Shown here: piece by piece, positions 9,990 through 18,130 of the stretch
Position numbering within the stretch: position 1 is the first letter of the stretch
How the letters are laid out: every line of letters begins with the position of its first letter
NCBI RefSeq assembly: GCF_000008465.1
Contig: NC_006512.1
Span: forward strand, 540,001 to 572,000
Source of the DNA: Idiomarina loihiensis L2TR
GTDB lineage: Bacteria; Pseudomonadota; Gammaproteobacteria; Enterobacterales; Alteromonadaceae
Length of the DNA stretch: 32,000 bases
Direction of reading: 5' to 3'
The notes under the pieces: generated by a model
The model's database searches: none
What the model was told of the DNA's origin: nothing
The model's input: only the letters and a program-made list of their open reading frames with translations
Made by a program: the position numbers and the translations under genes

Positions 9990-11315
9990 ATGGCGGAATG
10001 GTTGACACTATCGGGCATACGACCGGTTTTACTGGTGCTGGTTGCAGTATTAGCATGGGTCGTTACGCGTTACGCCTTCAGAAATTTCCGGCTGGATCCG
10101 CGCCGCCGCTCATTCGTCACCAAGCTGGTTGGCTGCCTTATAGCGGTCTTCATTCTTATTGTCAGCAATAACCTTATTGTCTTTTTCGCCGCCTGGATGG
10201 CAATAAGCCTGCAGTTGCACAGCCTGCTTATGTTCTACCCCGAACGCGACCGCGCCGTACTGGCTGCGCACAAAAAATTCATTCTGGCACGCTGCTCCGA
10301 AACCTTTCTGGGCACGGCGTTTATTATTATGTACTTAACCACCGGCAGTCTGCAGCTGGACACGGTTTTGCAGCAGTTCGGCACTGCCCCCACGCACCTT
10401 TCTCAGCACATTGCCGCGCTGTGTCTGGTTATGGCGGCTCTCATTAAATGCGCCCAGCTACCCTTGCACGGCTGGCTCATTCAGGTGGTTGAAGCACCAA
10501 CCCCGGTTTCTGCTTTACTGCATGCCGGCATTATTAACCTGGGCGGTTTTTTGCTGCTGGCAACCGTACCACTATGGAGTAACAGCGCGCCGGCCGTATG
10601 GCTGCTGTGTCTGGTGTCGGCGGCGTCGTGCTGCTTTGCCGCCCTTATTATGGCCACCCGCATTAGCATAAAAGTGCGTTTAGCCTGGTCTACCAGCGCG
10701 CAAATGGGGCTTATGCTGCTGGAAATTGGTCTGGGTTATTACGACTTAGCTTTACTGCATCTGGTGGCGCACTCGGTTTATAAAGCCTATGCGTTTTTGT
10801 CGGTAAGCGAAGTCGCAATAATAAAGCAGCCTCAGGCCCGGTCGTTGTGGCGTATTGGTGTTGTCTTTATAGCGTTTCAGGGCATTATTGCCGCCGCCTG
10901 CTGGTGGTTTCTCGGTAACCCTAAATGGCTTCCGTCGGCGTTACTCGCCATGGCGCTCACCACCTTATGGATGAATCTGCATCAGAAGCTGCTGCGAATT
11001 GCGGTGTCGGCGTTAACTGTCGTAGTTTACCTTTTGCTGGGTGCGTTGGCGCATCAGGTTATTGAGCCGCAGCCACCGTTCAGCAGTGTCTGGCTGGAAC
11101 CCGCGGTAACCCTTATGTTCAACGTCTTCGCCTTTACTTATTGGCTGGTGCATCACACGCCATCGCATCGGCTTAGCCAGCGCTGGTTTATTACCCTAAA
11201 CGCCGGGTTGTATCTAGACGAATGGTTAACGCGGCTGGTGCTGTGGCTCTGGCCCAGCCACCCCATTCATTACTATCAGCGGCAGGGTCGCATTCAGCGG
11301 GAGAAACACTCATGA
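9990..11315 (+). CDS. dabB: DabB, the proton-conducting membrane subunit (NuoL/Mrp antiporter, PF00361-like) of a DAB inorganic-carbon pump
   Basis: Polytopic membrane protein. PTPVSALLHAGIINLGGF matches the NuoL/MnhA-type motif. Its stop overlaps the dabA start (ATGA at 11312-11315). GAGG lies 7 nt upstream of the ATG. Confidence 0.8.
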   Translation: MAEWLTLSGIRPVLLVLVAVLAWVVTRYAFRNFRLDPRRRSFVTKLVGCLIAVFILIVSNNLIVFFAAWMAISLQLHSLLMFYPERDRAVLAAHKKFILARCSETFLGTAFIIMYLTTGSLQLDTVLQQFGTAPTHLSQHIAALCLVMAALIKCAQLPLHGWLIQVVEAPTPVSALLHAGIINLGGFLLLATVPLWSNSAPAVWLLCLVSAASCCFAALIMATRISIKVRLAWSTSAQMGLMLLEIGLGYYDLALLHLVAHSVYKAYAFLSVSEVAIIKQPQARSLWRIGVVFIAFQGIIAAACWWFLGNPKWLPSALLAMALTTLWMNLHQKLLRIAVSALTVVVYLLLGALAHQVIEPQPPFSSVWLEPAVTLMFNVFAFTYWLVHHTPSHRLSQRWFITLNAGLYLDEWLTRLVLWLWPSHPIHYYQRQGRIQREKHS

Positions 11316-13585
11316 GCACAGCGAATCGTTTAGCGACTATTGCCGGGCAGGTGAGTAAAGCCATTGCGCCGCAGTGGCCGTTGTCTCAGTGGATAGCGGT
11401 TAACCCCTTCTGGCATTACCGCCAACAGCCGGTAGCCGGTGTTGCTGCGCACTGGCGTTACAGTGCCGGAACACGTTTGCTCATGAGCCCGGACTTTTAC
11501 TGGCAACAATGGCAGCAAAACCGAATAGACGCAGCGCTGGTCACCAACAAAATGGTAAACGAGCTGGAGCAGCGCTCCCTGCTAAAAGCGCAACTGCCGC
11601 AGTGGCGTAACCTCAGCCGGTTGGTGGACAAATACACGCGGCGCCGCCGCAAAATGCGCTGGAACGACGAGGTGGTGCTGCAAATTAGTCAAACCTGTGG
11701 CTTATTCATGCAGTTTCCAACCCGCTTTCAGCAGGCCGGTAAAGACAGTTCGTTGTATCAGCATTGGCTGACTATTTCGCGTGCCGATCGCGGCATTGAA
11801 ACCTTAATGGACGAGGCTGAACTCACCGAATTGTTCGCACAATTGCCGGATGACCCACACAAGCTTATTCAAGTGTGCCATGACAACTTTTTAAGTGACG
11901 CGTCAGATTACGCTCTACGCTGTTACAGCCAGGCGCTTATCAGTGACTTATGGGGTTGGGCCGCGGCATTTTCCTATCAGGACGCTCGTCAGGACAGCCA
12001 GTGGGTATTCGAACTGCTGTGCATTCGGCTGGCCTGGGAATATATTCTGTGGCAGCTGGCCGAGCGCACCAATACTAAGGTTTATCAGCAGCTGCAGCAG
12101 GCGCTTAGCGCACAAGTTGAAAATTGTGAAGGGCAGGTGGCTCATATTGAGCAGCACAACAGCTTATTGTGGCAATGGCAGGCGGCTTACGAACGCTCGC
12201 AGCTAAACAGGTTGCAGTTTAAATCCGACACAGTAGAAGAGAGCAACGCGCCGGACGTGCAGGCAGTGTTTTGTATCGACGTGCGCTCAGAGCGTTATCG
12301 TCGTGCGCTTGAACAGGCCGGAAAAAGCCTGGGCAGCTACGTACAAAGCAAAGGCTTTGCCGGGTTCTTCGGTGTGCCGCTGGCCATTCAGCGCAAAGGT
12401 CGCGATGTTCCTCATGTACCGGGGTTACTGCAACCGGCGTACTACATTAAAGCACCGGCGCGTAAGCAATCGGTTGGTTCCTTATTAAGCAATATGTTCA
12501 ATGCGCCGGTCTCCATGTTTAGCGGCGTAGAGGCGCTGGGGTTAAGTAAACTGAAGTCCTTACTCACTGGTGTGCCCGGACAACTGGCTACGGCTAATAA
12601 TGCGTATATTGCCGACGGCAGCATTTGTGAGCACAACGGCGAGGCGTCAATGGAATCGCTGGTGGGCATTTGTCAGCAGGCTCTGGCCGGAATGCAGTTT
12701 ACCCGCTTCGCGAGGCATATTGTGCTGGTCGGGCATGGATCGCATCACAGCAACAATGCTCAACGAGCAGGACTTAACTGTGGCGCCTGCGGTGGTCAAA
12801 CCGGTGCGTTAAGTGCCCGGGTGTTAGTACGGCTGCTTAATAATCAGAATATTCGTGAGCATTTACGCGAGCAGGGCGTTGCTATTCCCGACGCTACTCA
12901 GTTCCATTCCGCTATGCATGAAACCGTAACCGATAAGGTTATCTGGCTGTCCAATACTGTTCCGGACAGCGTCAAACAAGTGTTCCGCGCAGCAACAGAA
13001 AAGCTAACCCAGGCCTGCGGCGAGTCAGAAAAAGACCGTAAAACACGTTCCGGCCATTGGGCTGAACTACGCCCGGAATGGGGGCTGGCTGACAACAACG
13101 TCTTATTTTTCGGACAGGCTGATCGGCTAACCTCGGCTGATACCATCGGCAGTAATTTTTTGCACGACTACAACAGTATCAATGACCCTGACGGAGAGCT
13201 GCTGGCTCAGCTCATGAGCGCTCCGGGGCTGGTCGCTAACTGGATAAACTGGCAGTACTACTGCTCAGTAACCGAGCCCAAACAACTGGGTAGCGGTAAT
13301 AAGTTGCTGCATAACCGGGTAGCTAACGACATTGGCGTTTTTGAAGGCAACGGTGGCGACTTGCGCCAGGGGCTGGCCTGGCAGTCGGTGCATAACGGTA
13401 GTGATTTTGTGCACCGGCCCATGCGCCTGCAGGTTATTGTCGAAGCCGACGAAGCCACCATTCAGCGGGCGCTGGCCAAGGCTGTCGCTTTTAACGAACT
13501 CTTTGAACAACAGTGGATCAATCTGCATCGACTGAACGCGCGAGGTGAACTATGTCCAGTGACAACACCAGTAACAGCAAAATGA
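11312..13585 (+). CDS. dabA: DabA (DUF2309), the beta-carbonic-anhydrase-like subunit of the DAB pump
   Basis: The large soluble protein contains FCIDVRSE (Cys/Asp) and GHGSHHSNN...LNCGACGG (His/Cys). This is the Zn-ligand pattern reported for DabA. The ATG at 11312 is ATGA-coupled to dabB, so I rejected the ORF-track start at 11222. Confidence 0.85.
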   Translation: MSTANRLATIAGQVSKAIAPQWPLSQWIAVNPFWHYRQQPVAGVAAHWRYSAGTRLLMSPDFYWQQWQQNRIDAALVTNKMVNELEQRSLLKAQLPQWRNLSRLVDKYTRRRRKMRWNDEVVLQISQTCGLFMQFPTRFQQAGKDSSLYQHWLTISRADRGIETLMDEAELTELFAQLPDDPHKLIQVCHDNFLSDASDYALRCYSQALISDLWGWAAAFSYQDARQDSQWVFELLCIRLAWEYILWQLAERTNTKVYQQLQQALSAQVENCEGQVAHIEQHNSLLWQWQAAYERSQLNRLQFKSDTVEESNAPDVQAVFCIDVRSERYRRALEQAGKSLGSYVQSKGFAGFFGVPLAIQRKGRDVPHVPGLLQPAYYIKAPARKQSVGSLLSNMFNAPVSMFSGVEALGLSKLKSLLTGVPGQLATANNAYIADGSICEHNGEASMESLVGICQQALAGMQFTRFARHIVLVGHGSHHSNNAQRAGLNCGACGGQTGALSARVLVRLLNNQNIREHLREQGVAIPDATQFHSAMHETVTDKVIWLSNTVPDSVKQVFRAATEKLTQACGESEKDRKTRSGHWAELRPEWGLADNNVLFFGQADRLTSADTIGSNFLHDYNSINDPDGELLAQLMSAPGLVANWINWQYYCSVTEPKQLGSGNKLLHNRVANDIGVFEGNGGDLRQGLAWQSVHNGSDFVHRPMRLQVIVEADEATIQRALAKAVAFNELFEQQWINLHRLNARGELCPVTTPVTAK

Positions 13586-13779
13586 CAGCGACAACCTGTC
13601 ATACCCTGAAAGCCTTTTATGACTGCGTGCGCTCGCGGCCGTTTAACCAGCCCTTCGCCCTGCGCTACAACGACGGCAGCATCGACCACGGACTAAACTC
13701 CGAAGAAGCAGCCAAAGAAAGCCTGCGCGCACACCACAACCCCTACCTCGAACAACCCGTTGTTGTTGAGTGGGGGTGA
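13582..13779 (+). CDS. Hypothetical 65-aa protein translationally coupled to dabA
   Basis: ATG 13582 overlaps the dabA stop TGA 13583-13585 (ATGA). Product: MTATTCHTLKAFYDCVRSRPFNQPFALRYNDGSIDHGLNSEEAAKESLRAHHNPYLEQPVVVEWG. I recognise no family. An alternative start at 13552 lies inside dabA. Confidence 0.4.
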   Translation: MTATTCHTLKAFYDCVRSRPFNQPFALRYNDGSIDHGLNSEEAAKESLRAHHNPYLEQPVVVEWG

Positions 13780-13831
13780 CCACCCGCCTTGTCGCCGGAC
13801 ATGCCCACCATGTACCTGACATGCACGCCAT

Positions 13832-13887
13832 GTAGCCTGACATTTATGTCAGGTGAGATATTGGCCCTGACATAAATGTCAGGCTAC
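13832..13887. repeat. REPIN-like element of the same subfamily as 2215-2270, in inverted orientation; marks the left edge of the accessory island
   Basis: gtagcctgacatttatgtcagg + tgagatattggc + cctgacataaatgtcaggctac. The spacer is close to the reverse complement of the 2237-2248 spacer. A degenerate extra REP head, ccatgtacctgacatg, sits at 13808-13823. Confidence 0.85.
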
Positions 13888-13918
13888 ATTCACTCGATTG
13901 CGTGAATTAGGAGCTGCT

Positions 13919-14188
13919 ATGTTGTTAGAGGCGAAAAACACAAAGGTCATTGGAAAAGTAGCGAAAGTTGTGCGGCAACAGCAAAAGCTGGATCAGACAA
14001 CAGCTGGCGCTTTTGCAGGCTGTGGTATTAATTTTGTGAGTCAATTCGAAAACGGCAAGCCAACAGTGCAACTGGAAAAGGCCCTAAATGTACTAAATGC
14101 ACTTGGCATAAAAGTTTACTTAGACATTCCTGACAGCGCTTCGGGCGACAAGCTCACTGAATTAACCGGACGCCTCAATCATGAGTAG
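13919..14188 (+). CDS. XRE/HipB-like (y4mF-type) helix-turn-helix antitoxin
   Basis: AGGAG lies 5 nt upstream of ATG 13919. ..FVSQFENGKPTVQLEKALNVLNALGIKVYLDI matches the y4mF/HipB-type HTH pattern. It overlaps the start of the hipA remnant by 8 nt. Confidence 0.7.
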   Translation: MLLEAKNTKVIGKVAKVVRQQQKLDQTTAGAFAGCGINFVSQFENGKPTVQLEKALNVLNALGIKVYLDIPDSASGDKLTELTGRLNHE

Positions 14189-14505
14189 TTCACTTGTCGA
14201 AGAACGCCGTCTTGTCGTTTATATCAACGATAATATTGTCGGCGAACTGCGGGAGCATAATGGCTTATGGGCATTTGAATACGCCCTCGACTGGCTCAGT
14301 AAGCCGAATGCCTTTCCGCTCACTCCGTCGCTTCTTTTGCGGCAAGAAGCGCATATCGATACCGGCACCAAACGTCCTGTTCATTAACGGTTCCACGTGT
14401 TGCTATCGATTACATCCCGGAACCGGTCTACATTGTTGAACGTTTTGATCGTATTGGGCAAGTCACCCGGGAGGACGTGTTAGCTTTCGCGCATAAGCGC
14501 CATGT
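14181..14505 (+). pseudogene. Decayed hipA-family kinase toxin gene (N-terminal couple_hipA fragment plus out-of-frame ERFDR fragment)
   Basis: The first 68 codons (RRLVVYINDNIVGELREHNGLWAFEY..PLTPSL) match the HipA N-terminal domain and then hit a stop at 14385-14387. A second fragment from about 14400 reads ..PVYIVERFDRIGQVTREDVLAFA, which contains the HipA ERFDR motif. Full HipA proteins are roughly 400+ aa. The remnant runs straight into the 22-bp repeat array. Confidence 0.6.
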
Positions 14506-14508
14506 AGT

Positions 14509-14596
14509 TTTCAATTGGACGATTATAAACTTTCAATTGGACGATTATAAATTTTCAATTGGACGTAGATTGACTTACAATTGGTCGAAGTTTAAT
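14509..14596 (+). repeat. Four head-to-tail 22-bp repeats, core TTTCAATTGGACG (array A)
   Basis: Units start at 14509, 14531, 14553 and 14575, exactly 22 bp apart: tttcaattggacgattataaac / tttcaattggacgattataaat / tttcaattggacgtagattgac / ttacaattggtcgaagtttaat. Confidence 0.85.
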
Positions 14597-14613
14597 TAAA
14601 GGTGGCGACGCTG

Positions 14614-15858
14614 ATGAATAAACCCTTACTTGAGCGGTATACAAAGGAGAGTCTATTAGACGCTCTAGAAGACACTCCCGTTATACTCATACATGGCTCG
14701 CGACAATGCGGAAAAACAACGCTTGCTAAATCTGTTGGTGAAGTGCTGGGTTATGCCTACATTACTTTCGATGACGAAAACCAATTGGGCGCAGCAAAAG
14801 CTGATCCTGTTGGCTTTGTAAAAAGCTTGCCTGAGAAAACTATATTAGATGAAATTCAGCGCGTTCCTGAACTTTTCCTCTCAATAAAAGAGAGCGTAGA
14901 TGCTAACAGGGTGCCTGGTCGGTTTATTTTAACGGGATCTGCCAATGTTCTACTCTTACCTCAGTTGTCCGACTCTCTTGCTGGAAGAATGGAAATTATA
15001 CACCTAAGACCGCTAGCTCAGTGCGAAATTACAGGCCAAAAACCTAACTTTCTGGCGTCTCTATTTTCCGAAAGCTTATTCTCCGCTGTCACTAATAAAA
15101 AAACTGCTTCGCTGGGAAGCTCACTGGCCGATATCCTTGTCCAAGGAGGCTACCCTGCAGCCATTCAAAGAAAAGCAGCTAAACGTCGCAATGCTTGGTA
15201 TCGAGGTTACATTACAACTATTTTACAAAGAGATATTAAGGACTTAGCGAACATTAGAAACGTCAACTTGTTGCCAAAGCTGCTCTCGTTGGCCGCTTCA
15301 CAAACAGGACGGCTGTTTAACTCCAGTGAGCTAGCATCTCCATTTTCTGTTAGTCGCCCGACGGTTCGTGAATACCTGGCCTTACTTGAACAAATATTTC
15401 TTATTGAGGAATTATCTCCCTGGCACAGCAATCGAATTAGCCGCCTTATAAAAACCCCAAAGTTGCATCTATCGGATACCGGGCTTGCTAGTTCACTACT
15501 GGGGGTAAATGCTGACGAGCTTTGGAAAGATAAAGAATTATTGGGACAATTGCTGGAAACTTTCATTTATCAGGAGCTTAGAAAACATGCGAGTTGGCAT
15601 GATGAGGATCTGAAGTTCTACCACTTCAGAAACAAGGACAAAGTGGAAGTTGATATTATCATTGAGAAAGGCCGTTTAAAGGCAGGTATAGAAGTAAAAG
15701 CGGCGGCAACTGTAAAGCAGTCAGACTTCAAAGGCCTGATTAGACTTAAAGATGCCTGTAAAGGTGACTTCGCTGGTGGGATTGTTTTTTACGACGGGGA
15801 GCAAGTCCTGCCTTTTGGTGACAAACTTTACGCTGTTCCAATATCCCACCTGACGTGA
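14614..15858 (+). CDS. AAA_14/DUF4143-type ATPase with a PD-(D/E)xK-like C-terminal motif
   Basis: Walker A HGSRQCGKTT and Walker B-like TILDEIQ are present. The C-terminus reads ..KVEVDIIIEKGRLKAGIEVKAA (D...E-x-K). I preferred ATG 14614 (AAGGTGG upstream) to GTG 14602. Confidence 0.75.
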   Translation: MNKPLLERYTKESLLDALEDTPVILIHGSRQCGKTTLAKSVGEVLGYAYITFDDENQLGAAKADPVGFVKSLPEKTILDEIQRVPELFLSIKESVDANRVPGRFILTGSANVLLLPQLSDSLAGRMEIIHLRPLAQCEITGQKPNFLASLFSESLFSAVTNKKTASLGSSLADILVQGGYPAAIQRKAAKRRNAWYRGYITTILQRDIKDLANIRNVNLLPKLLSLAASQTGRLFNSSELASPFSVSRPTVREYLALLEQIFLIEELSPWHSNRISRLIKTPKLHLSDTGLASSLLGVNADELWKDKELLGQLLETFIYQELRKHASWHDEDLKFYHFRNKDKVEVDIIIEKGRLKAGIEVKAAATVKQSDFKGLIRLKDACKGDFAGGIVFYDGEQVLPFGDKLYAVPISHLT

Positions 15859-15868
15859 ACATCAGGTG
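15847..15868. terminator. Short hairpin that contains the stop codons of both convergent genes
   Basis: cacctga-cgtgaaca-tcaggtg, a 7-bp stem. TGA of the + gene (15856-15858) and TGA of the - gene (complement of 15862-15864) both lie in the loop or stem. The CCTGA/TCAGG arms resemble the REP core. Confidence 0.4.
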
Positions 15869-17253
15869 ACACTCACCCCATACCGCTCGCGGATCTTAGC
15901 CGCCAGTGCCAGCCGTGCATCGGCTTCGCCATGAATTAACCGTATGCGCTTAACCGGTTCTTCGGTGGCGTCAATAAAGTCCAGCAGCTCCTGCTGGTCG
16001 GCGTGGGCGGAGTAGCCGCCTAAGGTATAAATGCCGGCTTTAATCCAGACCCGCTCGTGGTCAAGCTCAACATAACCGCCGTCCGGGCCATATTGCTGAA
16101 TATCCCGCCCAGGCGTACCCGCTGCCTGATACCCGACAAACAGCACATCGGTGCGAGGGTCGGGCAATAAAGCTTTTAAGTAGTTAAGCATGCGTCCGCC
16201 GGTACACATACCGCTGGCAGCAATGACTATGCAAGGGTCACCGCTACTCTGCAAAAGGTTCACAATGCGCTCGTGTTCGCTGTGCTCATCTACCGTCAGC
16301 AAGCGGTCAAAATTAAGCGGATGGCGATCATCACTTAAACGCTTGCGAGCTTCTTCGTCCCATAAATTCTTCATTGTTCGGTATTGTTTTGTGAACTGCA
16401 CAGCCAGCGGGGAATCCAGAATAACGGTCATTTTATGCCAAACTTTATTCACCTCACCGGTTTCAGCTTCCTGCTCACGCGCGGTGTGAATAATGTCTTC
16501 CAGTTCGTACAGCAGCTCCTGAGTGCGACCAATACTAAAAGCCGGAATTAAAATAACGCCTTTGTTCTCCACACAACGCTCAACTACCGCCTTTAACCGC
16601 TGAGACCGATCAATGCGGGACTCATGGTTTTTGTCGCCGTAGGTGCTTTCCAGCAACAGAAAGTCAGCACGCTCTAATGGCGTAGGGTCGGGCAGTAGTG
16701 GCGTATTTTTGCAGCCTAAGTCACCAGAGAACACCACGCGGTAGTGGGTACTCACATTCTCAATTTCAACGTAGGCCGAACCCAGAATATGCCCGGCTTG
16801 ACGAAAACGTAGCTTAAAGCGCTCAGAGGCAAACTCAGTAGGCAGTTCAATCCATTTATCGTAAGCCGTAGGCCGCAGTTGGCGATGCAAACGCGCAATA
16901 ACCGCATCAATAATCTGGGCGTTTCGGGTTAACCCAATTTTCAGGGCGTCTTCAATAACCAGCGGCAGCAACAGTGCGGTAGCTTTGGTGCAGTATATGG
17001 GACCGACAAAGCCCGCAATAAGCAACCAGGGCAAACGGCCTACGTGGTCAATGTGGCAGTGAGTCACTACCAGCGCCTGTACCTTGCTTATATCAAAGTC
17101 TATTTCCTGGGCGTTAGAATTCGCGCCGGAACCCGAGGTTTCCGCCCCCTGAAACAGCCCGCAGTCAACTAAAAGTGAGTGGTCACTGTCTAAAAAAAGC
17201 TCGTGGCAAGAGCCCGTAACCCCTTCAAACGCGCCGTGGTGTATTACGTCCAT
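15862..17253 (-). CDS. MBL-fold beta-CASP family hydrolase (RNase J/CPSF73-like nuclease)
   Basis: HCHIDHVG (HxHxDH), ESTYG and GGYSAHADQQELLDFI (beta-CASP motif C region) are present. I preferred the start at the second Met (MDVIHHG; AAAGGAA 8 nt upstream). The ORF-track start at 17271 has no RBS. Confidence 0.8.
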   Translation of the reverse strand: MDVIHHGAFEGVTGSCHELFLDSDHSLLVDCGLFQGAETSGSGANSNAQEIDFDISKVQALVVTHCHIDHVGRLPWLLIAGFVGPIYCTKATALLLPLVIEDALKIGLTRNAQIIDAVIARLHRQLRPTAYDKWIELPTEFASERFKLRFRQAGHILGSAYVEIENVSTHYRVVFSGDLGCKNTPLLPDPTPLERADFLLLESTYGDKNHESRIDRSQRLKAVVERCVENKGVILIPAFSIGRTQELLYELEDIIHTAREQEAETGEVNKVWHKMTVILDSPLAVQFTKQYRTMKNLWDEEARKRLSDDRHPLNFDRLLTVDEHSEHERIVNLLQSSGDPCIVIAASGMCTGGRMLNYLKALLPDPRTDVLFVGYQAAGTPGRDIQQYGPDGGYVELDHERVWIKAGIYTLGGYSAHADQQELLDFIDATEEPVKRIRLIHGEADARLALAAKIRERYGVSVT

Positions 17254-17285
17254 GTGTTGGTTCCTTTCCATTGCTGATTATGGGC

Positions 17286-18110
17286 CTACATCGAATTCAA
17301 CTTTTCGGTTAAAAATTTCTGATAAGCAGTTAAGTCGAACAGGCTGGCGGTAACTAAGTGGTGGACGGGGATGGTCAGTGAGTATTGATTAAGAAAATCT
17401 TTTATCTGCAACTCAGTCGCATCAGACGAAAGCTCAGCCGAATAATGTTTTTCATAATGTTCAGTCAGTTGAAGCTCTAAGGTGCTTTCGTCTTGGTAAC
17501 CACTGTGCATAGGTACTAAAACAATATTACTGCATACACCGCGTGTAATATCACATCGAATTAGGTTTCCGATATAGACTTTTCGGTTGCTCAATACTAC
17601 TCGTACCAACATTCGTTTGTCAGGAGATTCATCGCCATTATGAGGAATGAAGTCATCCATTTCTAATGCTCTCAGCAGAAACAACTCGAGCTCGTCATCG
17701 ACTAGCTTGTGTATTAAGAATTTACTGTTATTTTGTTTCCAGTTAGCATCCGCTTTACTCTGAAATTTAGTAACGCTTAAAAAGGAAATTACTAAACCTA
17801 TAGTAAAAAGCAGAAGCACTGACGATTTGTCGGGCTCAACTCCTCCAGGTGAACCAGTGAGTGTTTGCATTGCAACCCATGCTGAAGATAGCGAACCTGA
17901 TACTACTAGTGTTATGAGTCCCCATAAAAGCAAGAGTAAAAAAGTAGCGAAGACAGCACCGAAAAGAATCACTGTACCGCTAATGAACAATGTAATAGCT
18001 AGCCTCGAGGGAACTAGACGGTTAAGTTTTAGTTTGCCAAGTTCGGTGGAGTTAAGGTTTGCATAACCTAAAACAGAGACAAGTAGAACAATAAGGGGAG
18101 TAACGACCAT
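17286..18110 (-). CDS. Hypothetical multi-pass membrane protein with a ~150-aa C-terminal soluble domain
   Basis: A strong RBS (AAAGGAGG) precedes the ATG. It has 3-4 hydrophobic helices in the first ~115 aa. I recognise no family for the C-terminal part. Confidence 0.6.
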   Translation of the reverse strand: MVVTPLIVLLVSVLGYANLNSTELGKLKLNRLVPSRLAITLFISGTVILFGAVFATFLLLLLWGLITLVVSGSLSSAWVAMQTLTGSPGGVEPDKSSVLLLFTIGLVISFLSVTKFQSKADANWKQNNSKFLIHKLVDDELELFLLRALEMDDFIPHNGDESPDKRMLVRVVLSNRKVYIGNLIRCDITRGVCSNIVLVPMHSGYQDESTLELQLTEHYEKHYSAELSSDATELQIKDFLNQYSLTIPVHHLVTASLFDLTAYQKFLTEKLNSM

Positions 18111-18130
18111 CCTTGGCCTCCTTTCTAGAT

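Noticed and set aside
11222-11311. Upstream extension of dabA given in the ORF track (start at 11222)
   Set aside because: The extension lies entirely within dabB in another frame. ATG 11312 gives the ATGA stop/start coupling typical of the pair, and the conserved N-terminus begins there.
14194-14439. 81-aa ORF overlapping the hipA remnant
   Set aside because: It is an alternative frame across the decayed hipA region with no homology signature. I interpret it as a by-product of the deletions and frameshifts that created the pseudogene.
14509-14596. Tandem 22-bp repeats considered as a possible CRISPR array
   Set aside because: The units are directly abutting with no unique spacers. The conserved core is only 13 bp, no cas genes are present, and similar 2-unit arrays occur elsewhere. 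This is not CRISPR architecture.
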